6,041 nt of DNA. Origin: Thermoplasmatota archaeon. Its GTDB lineage: Archaea; Thermoplasmatota; E2; DHVEG-1. Position 1 is the first letter of the stretch; each line of letters starts with the position of its first letter. The notes beneath the pieces were generated by a model that was not told the DNA's origin, searched no databases, and saw only the letters and a program-made list of their open reading frames with translations. The translations under genes were made by a program, and so were the position numbers. The stretch is taken from assembly GCA_018334795.1 (NCBI GenBank), contig JAGXLH010000095.1, forward strand, positions 1 through 6,041, in the 5' to 3' direction. Of this stretch, positions 1-5,201 are shown piece after piece.

Positions 1-18
1 ATTTTTAGGCCGAGAATA

Positions 19-49
19 CTGCGGGACTGAGTAAAGCGAAGGCCCGCAG
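19..49 (+). repeat. Inverted repeat / hairpin (7-bp stem, 17-nt loop) in the left GC-rich island
   Basis: ctgcggg (19-25) is the exact reverse complement of cccgcag (43-49). A T7 run follows at 66-72. The octamer actgcggg recurs at 113-120. It could be a terminator for an upstream gene or an IS left-end structure. Confidence 0.5.
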
Positions 50-104
50 ATGAAAGGCCGATACCTTTTTTTCTGAATAACACTTTCTAAAATATGTCGC
101 GCGC

Positions 105-126
105 GGCAAGCCACTGCGGGCTTGCC
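105..126 (+). repeat. Perfect hairpin (8-bp GC-rich stem, 6-nt loop) upstream of tnpA; candidate IS200-type left-end subterminal hairpin
   Basis: ggcaagcc (105-112), loop actgcg (113-118), ggcttgcc (119-126), with exact complementarity. It lies about 30 nt upstream of the putative tnpA start. Confidence 0.55.
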
Positions 127-156
127 CATGAATGGCACGACAGGAACGTGTAATTT

Positions 157-642
157 TTGAAAGAAATAACCAGCGTTAGCACTAAAAAGATTTCGGGTGA
201 TACCCGAAACAATTGGATTGAACTGCTGTTTGTCACCAAAAAACGATATCGATGTTTCCGAAAACAAACCCATATTGACACCTGTATTCAACGGTTAAAA
301 GAATTGGAGTCTCTTGGTTTTGAATTTGGAGAGTTTGGATTTTCAGATAACCACGTTCACTTTCAAGTGAACATTCCAAAGAAATATTCTCTTGAAGAAG
401 CGGAGATTATTTTGAAATCGGAAACCGCAAAAAGAATGTTTAAGAATCATCCGGGTTTCCGCAAACGATATCCAAAAGGAGCGTTTTGGAGTGGATACGA
501 GCACTACCAGTCAATTGGATTGAAAAATTTTGAAGAGTCAGCACAATATTTACGTGATCAACAAAAGCATCATCATGTAAACATTATTGATGATCGTCAA
601 CAAACCCTTGATATTTTCCCGCCGACCGGCGATGCGGCATGA
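157..642 (+). CDS. tnpA: IS200/IS605-family Y1 (HUH) transposase TnpA. The start codon is uncertain (TTG at 157).
   Basis: The translation carries the family hallmarks. These are an N-terminal strand IELLFVTKKRYRCF (compare YHIVF.tKYRR), the HUH motif in SDNHVHFQVNIPKKYS, the FWSGY motif, and the catalytic Tyr helix SAQYLRDQQ (compare YIxNQ). An in-frame stop at 151-153 caps the N-terminus, and no ATG occurs before residue 95. The start must therefore be non-ATG, with TTG 157 preceded by agga at 142-145. Stop is tga at 640-642. Confidence 0.8.
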   Translation: MKEITSVSTKKISGDTRNNWIELLFVTKKRYRCFRKQTHIDTCIQRLKELESLGFEFGEFGFSDNHVHFQVNIPKKYSLEEAEIILKSETAKRMFKNHPGFRKRYPKGAFWSGYEHYQSIGLKNFEESAQYLRDQQKHHHVNIIDDRQQTLDIFPPTGDAA

Positions 643-687
643 CCGAATGAAGTGAGGGCGTGCCGAGGAAGGGAGGCGGAAGGGGTC

Positions 688-704
688 ATAGGGGTTTCCC
701 CTAT
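688..704 (+). repeat. Perfect hairpin (7-bp stem, 3-nt loop) 46 nt downstream of the tnpA stop; candidate IS right-end hairpin or terminator
   Basis: atagggg (688-694), ttt, cccctat (698-704), exact reverse complements. It is preceded by a G/purine-rich tract (656-694). No T-run follows, so it is not a classic intrinsic terminator. Confidence 0.5.
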
Positions 705-897
705 TTCACCAACTATTCTATTCCAAATACGATATGCTTAAGATAATAATTGAAGTTCTTATTTGATTTAACCGTCATGATCATTACTAGATCGTTGTAG
801 ATGAGGGCATATTCAATCCACTTATCTAAATTTAAACCAATCTGGAGAAAATCGGTAAATTTACCAACCTAAATTTTGAGAAGAGCCCAAATTTTTT

Positions 898-2475
898 TTA
901 AAATAAGCCGGGTCCACGATTGCTGCATTTAGTGATGGGTACCTGTTTAATATGTTCCTTATGCAAAATATGATTTGCAGCAATTCTACCTGTAACTGCT
1001 GCCCGCTCCATTAACGCTGAGGGAAAATGTGTATGTACCCAATCGCCAGCAAATAAGAGATTTTTGCATCCTGTATCGATTGGAAAAGTACCAGTCGGTC
1101 GTTTGAGACCTTGACCAACATCAAAAGAGGTAAAGTTTGCATAAGTCCCAAGAGTGAAATCTAAGAGTGTTGCTTCAGAGAGTTCTGGAAGAACTTCAAA
1201 AACAATTGGTTGAACATGTTCCCATACCTGATCTGAAGGAAGTGATGCAATCGTTTCATCTGCGTAAAAATGAAATTCAATTACTGAACCCCCTGTTTTT
1301 TTTGCCCACAGACGAGATTCTTCTTCTAATAAATGGAATTGTGCAATAAGATGTAATGGGCGGAATTGAGGCGTTTCCATGATATCTGGTCGATTTGGTT
1401 TCGTCGGCCGATCAAACCATGCACGCATAATTCGATATGAGGGAGCAATCTTCAATTCATTGAGTTTATCATGAATGACATTAACTATCTTTGATGAACC
1501 CTCATCTAATCCTTTAGATTGATTCAATATTGCTTTCGATGCTTTTACATCTGAAGCAAGAATCACCCAGTCATAAGATGTATCTTCATCTGAGAGAAGT
1601 CCAACAGCACGATTATTTTCAAAGTGAAGACCATTGACCTCTCGGTCCAATTTTACATCAACCTCAAACTGCTGTAATCGTTCCAACCAAGGATCAAGAA
1701 GCGTTTTTGCGTGATGATCGATGGCTATTTCACGCCACATAGCTTTTGGATGTGAAATAAAAAAGTAATGGGTCCACATCACAAGTTCAGCAGCGCTAAT
1801 AGTTTCAGGATCATTGATAGTCACAGAGGCAGCTGGTTCAAATAGAATCGCAAAGATTTTTTCACTAATTCCCTTGTTTTTGGCCCATTGATGATAACTG
1901 ATATTATCTAATCGGTCGAATATACCATCATATTGGAAATACATTAAATCTGGTATGGCATTGAGAAGATATTTCATGTCAAAAAGGCCTAGATTTGGTG
2001 ATCTGTTCAGGATGTTGACTAAATTGAAAGGATATATGGGAGGTTCGCTACGTAATATCTCTGGATTATATGTTTTAAAATAAACACTTACCTTGCGATA
2101 TGGTTTGAAATACCGATCGACCTTGAGTCTTCTGATGATATCCTTGCAAGTATGGTAATGATAAAACCACATGTGCAATCCATGTTCTACATGAAATGAT
2201 CCTTGTTTAGTTTTAAGTACTGGTGTGGCAAGTTTACCACCTACAACTTTATTTTTCTCATAAATGGTAACTGCGAAACCGCGTTCGGCTAACTCTAACG
2301 CTGCGGATAAACCGGCTAGTCCAGCCCCAATAATTAGCACAGTTTTTTGTTCCGAATCTGCAAGTTTATTTTTTTCATCTGGATTTATCGGATTTATTCT
2401 CTCGGGTTGCTGAGGATGAGGAACGAGGCCAAAAGTCTTTATATTTTCACGTGAAAACACGTCAAATAATTCCAT
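898..2475 (-). CDS. FAD-dependent oxidoreductase of the amine-oxidase / carotenoid desaturase superfamily (PDS/ZDS/CrtU-like)
   Basis: 525-aa intact ORF. It has the Rossmann dinucleotide motif VLIIGAGLAGLSAALELAERGFAVTIYEKNKVVGGK. It also has EHGLHMWFYHY, resembling the G-(L/F)-H-x-F-F-x-x-Y signature I recall from plant-type PDS/ZDS and CrtU desaturases. The C-terminal FAD motif is LLFAGDW...SALMERAAVTG. It sits 14 nt downstream of crtZ, with GGGAG overlapping the crtZ stop. The specific reaction is not determinable from sequence alone. Confidence 0.85.
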   Translation of the reverse strand: MELFDVFSRENIKTFGLVPHPQQPERINPINPDEKNKLADSEQKTVLIIGAGLAGLSAALELAERGFAVTIYEKNKVVGGKLATPVLKTKQGSFHVEHGLHMWFYHYHTCKDIIRRLKVDRYFKPYRKVSVYFKTYNPEILRSEPPIYPFNLVNILNRSPNLGLFDMKYLLNAIPDLMYFQYDGIFDRLDNISYHQWAKNKGISEKIFAILFEPAASVTINDPETISAAELVMWTHYFFISHPKAMWREIAIDHHAKTLLDPWLERLQQFEVDVKLDREVNGLHFENNRAVGLLSDEDTSYDWVILASDVKASKAILNQSKGLDEGSSKIVNVIHDKLNELKIAPSYRIMRAWFDRPTKPNRPDIMETPQFRPLHLIAQFHLLEEESRLWAKKTGGSVIEFHFYADETIASLPSDQVWEHVQPIVFEVLPELSEATLLDFTLGTYANFTSFDVGQGLKRPTGTFPIDTGCKNLLFAGDWVHTHFPSALMERAAVTGRIAANHILHKEHIKQVPITKCSNRGPGLF

Positions 2476-2485
2476 CGAATCATTA

Positions 2486-2490
2486 CTCCC
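2486..2490 (-). promoter_or_regulatory. Shine-Dalgarno-like GGGAG for the FAD oxidoreductase, overlapping the crtZ stop codon (translational coupling)
   Basis: The minus strand reads TAGGGAG, followed by a 10-nt spacer and then ATG (2475-2473). Confidence 0.5.
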
Positions 2491-2948
2491 TATTTTGAAT
2501 CATATTTTTTTCCAACAATAAAAAAACCAAAACTAATACCTGATGTTGCTGTGCTTTTTTGATGATGCATACGATGAGCGGTAATCACTCGTTTAATATA
2601 TCGAGACTTAGGTTTATATCTAATTTTGAGACGACGATGAAAAACGATATCATGATATAAAAAAAACCCCATACCATAAATAAAGATACCAAGGCCAAAC
2701 CAAAATTTACTATCAAATCCATCAAGAAAACCAAAAATTAATAACACCATCGTTAGAACAGTAAAAAAAAAGGTGAATACATCATTTTTTTCTAATTTTC
2801 CTTTTGTGAACTTATGATGATCTTTATGTAGTATCCACAGTGGGCCATGTTGAAGATATTTATGCATTAAATAAGAAATAAATTCCATGAAAAAGAAACC
2901 GATGACAACAAGTAAAAAAAAGGTGAGTAATTGGATGCCATCAATCAT
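2490..2948 (-). CDS. crtZ: Beta-carotene (carotenoid) 3-hydroxylase, CrtZ-type membrane di-iron hydroxylase (fatty acid hydroxylase superfamily)
   Basis: 152 aa, hydrophobic, with the four His boxes in CrtZ order and spacing: HKYLQH, HKDHH, HDIVFH, HRMHH. From memory of the Pantoea sequence, it is collinear with Pantoea CrtZ (AHKYIMH / HLSHH / VHDGLVH / AHRMHH / SFGF). It includes the C-terminal ISFGFF. Confidence 0.85.
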   Translation of the reverse strand: MIDGIQLLTFFLLVVIGFFFMEFISYLMHKYLQHGPLWILHKDHHKFTKGKLEKNDVFTFFFTVLTMVLLIFGFLDGFDSKFWFGLGIFIYGMGFFLYHDIVFHRRLKIRYKPKSRYIKRVITAHRMHHQKSTATSGISFGFFIVGKKYDSK

Positions 2949-2955
2949 AGTTTCA

Positions 2956-2959
2956 CTCC
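2956..2959 (-). promoter_or_regulatory. Shine-Dalgarno-like GGAG for crtZ
   Basis: The minus strand reads GGAG, a 7-nt spacer (tgaaact), then ATG (2948-2946). Confidence 0.45.
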
Positions 2960-3085
2960 AAATAGTATTAGAATATTTCGATTCTTTCCACTTTATGCGA
3001 TTGATATATGATAAAAATTTGGATTATTAATGTGTTTCGGTAAATCATCTTCTCTTAGGATGAAATCCTTTGTTCATTGATAATA

Positions 3086-3157
3086 CAGCCCTGAGCGGAT
3101 TCGAACCGCTGGTGCTGGCTCCAAAGGCCAACGTGTTAACCGCTACACTACAGGGCT
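3086..3157 (-). tRNA. tRNA-Gln (anticodon UUG), 72 nt, no encoded CCA
   Basis: Hand-folded cloverleaf on the minus strand. Acceptor AGCCCTG/CAGGGCT (7 bp, A1-U72). D arm GTGT-AGCGGTTA-ACAC. Anticodon arm TTGGC-CTTTGGA-GCCAG (U33, anticodon TTG). Variable loop of 4 nt. T arm AGCGG-TTCGAAT-CCGCT. Discriminator G73. Confidence 0.9.
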
Positions 3158-3186
3158 AGCTTGATGTCTTTCAGGGATTAGGATTC

Positions 3187-3196
3187 TATTATTTAT
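3187..3196 (-). promoter_or_regulatory. TATA-box-like element (ataaataata) upstream of tRNA-Gln(UUG)
   Basis: It is centred about 34 nt upstream of the mature tRNA 5' end. This fits an archaeal-type promoter with a short leader, but AT-rich DNA yields such motifs by chance. Confidence 0.25.
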
Positions 3197-3207
3197 CTTT
3201 TTGGCTC

Positions 3208-3214
3208 AAAAAAA
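3208..3214 (-). terminator. Oligo-T (T7) tract downstream of glnS
   Basis: A7 on the plus strand equals T7 on the coding strand, 17-23 nt past the glnS stop codon. No convincing preceding hairpin. It is compatible with archaeal oligo-T termination or partial termination before the downstream tRNA. Confidence 0.3.
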
Positions 3215-3230
3215 CAATTTTTGAACTTTC

Positions 3231-4913
3231 TTATTTCTTTTGTTGATGCCGAAAGTTTTTCCATTTTCCCCGAAGTGCTACTGACCGATTTATCATTAAA
3301 TGATCAGATGTTGTATCTGGATCAATTACAAAATATCCATTTCGTTCAAATTGAAATGTATCATATGGTTTTAGAGATGTAATATTTGGTTCAATTTTAC
3401 AATGTGAAATTGTTTCTTTTGAATCAGAATTAATGAAATCCGTGAACTTCTTATTTTTTACTCCAGCTGGGTCTTCAACGGTAAATAATCGATTATACAA
3501 TCGTACTTCTGCATCAACGGCATGATCAGCTGAAACAAAATGCATGGTTGCTTTCACCCGTCGTCCATCTGGAGCGTATCCTCCTTTTGTTTCTGGATCA
3601 TAGGTACAATGTATTTCAACGATTTCATCTCCATCTTTGACGACATCAGTACATCTAATGAAATATCCATACCTTAATCGTACTTCTCTACCAAGTGATA
3701 ATCGATAAAATTTTTTACTTGGATTCTCCATAAAATCTGTGCGTTCAATGTATAATGTTTTTGAAAATGGAATCTTGCGGGTACCAGCGGATTCGTCCTC
3801 TGGATTATTTACTGCTTCCATGTATTCAACTTGATCTTCTGGGTAATTATCAATGACGACTTTTAACGGTCGAAGCACACCCATAAACCTGGGTGCAGTC
3901 TTGTTTAAATCCTGACGAACACAATGTTCTAAAAACGCATAATCAATTAAACTGTTTACTTTTGCAATACCAATCTCTTTACAAAAATGACGAATGGATG
4001 CTGGAGAAAACCCTCGTCTCCGTAGCCCTTTGATAGTGGGGAGTCTTGGATCATCCCATCCATCTACATAGCCCTCATCAATTAATTGTTTTAACATTCG
4101 CTTACTCATAATGGTGTATGATAAATTTAATCGGGCAAATTCGATTTGTTGAGGATGATATACATCATCAAGTTGATCGATGAACCAATCATAAAGTGGC
4201 CTATGATTCTCAAATTCAAGCGTACAAAGTGAATGAGTTATTCCTTCGATTGAATCCTCAAGTCCATGAGCCCAATCATAAGAGGGATAAATACACCACT
4301 TATCACCAGTATGATGATGAGATGCATGAAGAATCCGATACATAATTGGATCTCGCATATTCAAATTTGGATGTGACATATCGATTTTTGCACGAAGAAC
4401 TTTTTCCCCATCTTTAAATTCGCCTTCTTTCATTCGCTGGATTAAATTCAAGTTTTCTTCAACTGATCGATTTCGATATGGACTTTCTTTGCCTGGATGG
4501 GTGAGTGTTCCTCTGTAAGCACTGATTTCTTCAGCGGATGAATCATCAACATATGCTTTTCCTTTTTTAACAAGTTCAAGAGCATAATCATACATTTGTT
4601 GGAAATAATCTGAAGCAAAATACAATCGATCATCCCAATCAAAACCCAGCCAATGGATGTCTTCTTTTATTGAATCCACATATTCCATTTCTTCTTTAGA
4701 TGGATTAGTGTCATCAAAACGTAGATTGCAAAGACCATCATATTCTTCAGCAATACCAAAATTTAGACAAATTGATTTTGCATGACCAATATGTAAATAG
4801 CCATTTGGTTCTGGAGGAAAACGAGTATGGATGTGATCATGTTTTCCAGTTTCTAAATCATGATCGATTATTTCTCGAATAAAATCCTTTGATTTTTGTT
4901 CATTTTCACTCAT
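3231..4913 (-). CDS. glnS: Glutaminyl-tRNA synthetase (class I, bacterial-type GlnRS)
   Basis: It has the HIGH motif ([11 protein letters not shown]) and the KMSKS-type motif (TIMSKR). It is collinear end to end with E. coli GlnRS as I recall it. Examples are [97 protein letters not shown], and the C-terminal FQFERNGYF. The track ORF starts at GTG 4925 ([10 protein letters not shown]). ATG at 4913 gives [16 protein letters not shown], matching the E. coli N-terminus MSEAEARPTNFIRQII, so I prefer it. Confidence 0.93.
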   Translation of the reverse strand: MSENEQKSKDFIREIIDHDLETGKHDHIHTRFPPEPNGYLHIGHAKSICLNFGIAEEYDGLCNLRFDDTNPSKEEMEYVDSIKEDIHWLGFDWDDRLYFASDYFQQMYDYALELVKKGKAYVDDSSAEEISAYRGTLTHPGKESPYRNRSVEENLNLIQRMKEGEFKDGEKVLRAKIDMSHPNLNMRDPIMYRILHASHHHTGDKWCIYPSYDWAHGLEDSIEGITHSLCTLEFENHRPLYDWFIDQLDDVYHPQQIEFARLNLSYTIMSKRMLKQLIDEGYVDGWDDPRLPTIKGLRRRGFSPASIRHFCKEIGIAKVNSLIDYAFLEHCVRQDLNKTAPRFMGVLRPLKVVIDNYPEDQVEYMEAVNNPEDESAGTRKIPFSKTLYIERTDFMENPSKKFYRLSLGREVRLRYGYFIRCTDVVKDGDEIVEIHCTYDPETKGGYAPDGRRVKATMHFVSADHAVDAEVRLYNRLFTVEDPAGVKNKKFTDFINSDSKETISHCKIEPNITSLKPYDTFQFERNGYFVIDPDTTSDHLMINRSVALRGKWKNFRHQQKK

Positions 4914-4958
4914 ATTGTAATTCACGATCCAATGGTTAATTCAATTATTTGGTTAAGA

Positions 4959-5030
4959 CAGCCCCGGCCGGATTCGAACCGGCGACTAGAGATCCAGAGT
5001 CTCTTATGTTAACCACTACACCACGGGGCT
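4959..5030 (-). tRNA. tRNA-Gln (anticodon CUG), 72 nt, no encoded CCA
   Basis: Hand-folded cloverleaf on the minus strand. Acceptor AGCCCCG/CGGGGCT (A1-U72). D arm GTGT-AGTGGTTA-ACAT. Anticodon arm AGAGA-CTCTGGA-TCTCT (anticodon CTG). Variable loop of 4 nt. T arm GCCGG-TTCGAAT-CCGGC. Discriminator G73. Its 3' end lies 45 nt upstream of the glnS ATG. Confidence 0.9.
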
Positions 5031-5121
5031 ACATGATACATTTTTAAATGATGGATAACACAACAGGATACCAATTTCCCTATATAATATTTAACATATG
5101 CAAAAGAAGAATCATTGTGGC

Positions 5122-5137
5122 AACAAAATATTTTGTT
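5122..5137. promoter_or_regulatory. Perfect 16-bp palindrome aacaaaatattttgtt in the divergent intergenic region; candidate operator
   Basis: aacaaaat (5122-5129) is the exact reverse complement of attttgtt (5130-5137). It lies between the tRNA-Gln(CUG)/glnS unit and the radical SAM gene, about 25 nt upstream of a TATA-like box. Confidence 0.3.
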
Positions 5138-5161
5138 AAAGATATTTATTGAATGCTTGCC

Positions 5162-5169
5162 TTTAAATA
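5162..5169 (+). promoter_or_regulatory. TATA-box-like element (tttaaata) upstream of the radical SAM gene
   Basis: It is centred about 36 nt upstream of ATG 5202. This would give a roughly 10-nt leader under archaeal TATA-to-TSS spacing. Confidence is low because of the AT-rich background. Confidence 0.3.
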
Positions 5170-5201
5170 GAAACTGATTATTTGTTAAGAACTGGTAGTG
5201 A

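Larger units (their letters stand above)
1..704 (+). mobile_element. IS200/IS605-family insertion sequence (tnpA only) or a domesticated remnant. Boundaries are uncertain and the left end may lie outside the window.
   Basis: A single Y1 transposase gene is flanked on both sides by GC-rich segments (about 1-130 and 618-704) that contrast with the AT-rich surroundings. These segments contain perfect hairpins (19-49, 105-126, 688-704), as expected for the subterminal hairpin ends of IS200/IS605 elements. No terminal inverted repeats or target duplications are visible, which also fits this family. Confidence 0.45.

Noticed and set aside
1-273. Minus-strand open frame (ATGs at 273 and 129) running off the left edge, antisense to tnpA in the same codon phase
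   Set aside because: Antisense frames of AT-rich genes are often open. The peptide (..MGKPAVACRARHILESVIQKK..) has no recognisable features and crosses the hairpin region. It cannot be evaluated without upstream sequence.
87-281. 64-aa minus-strand ORF from the track, overlapping the tnpA 5' region
   Set aside because: It is antisense to a well-supported transposase ORF. It has a low-complexity hydrophobic sequence and no recognisable motif or RBS. It is most likely a chance open frame.
827-877. Three copies of taaattt (827, 856, 870), two extended to taaattta(aa)ccaa(t/c)c, in the 255-bp convergent intergenic region
   Set aside because: They are short, imperfect and low complexity in AT-rich DNA, with irregular spacing (29 and 14 nt). 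No flanking structure suggests a binding array, CRISPR-like repeat or ncRNA.
1167-1349. 60-aa plus-strand ORF inside the FAD oxidoreductase gene
   Set aside because: It is fully embedded antisense in a strongly supported 525-aa CDS and has no motifs.
3057-3069. Small palindrome aggat-gaa-atcct 17 nt downstream of tRNA-Gln(UUG)
   Set aside because: The stem is only 5 bp and no flanking T-run follows on the transcribed strand. This is too weak to call a terminator or operator.
898-3157. Idea that the crtZ/FAD/IS200 block is a tRNA-targeted integrated island with att repeats
   Set aside because: I searched by eye for a direct repeat of the tRNA-Gln(UUG) 3' end (cagccctgagcggattcgaacc or parts of it) downstream of the tRNA. 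I found none. gattcgaacc occurs only within the two tRNA genes, and no integrase gene is present.
4448-4642. 64-aa minus-strand ORF inside glnS in another frame
   Set aside because: It is an out-of-frame overlap with a CDS that is highly conserved along its whole length. Its composition (I/L/K/M rich) is typical of off-frame AT-rich translation.
4914-4925. GTG 4925 as the glnS start (as in the ORF track)
   Set aside because: ATG 4913 yields an N-terminus (MSENEQ...FIREII) that aligns with the E. coli GlnRS N-terminus. The four extra residues (MNYN) have no support. GTG 4925 is kept only as an alternative.
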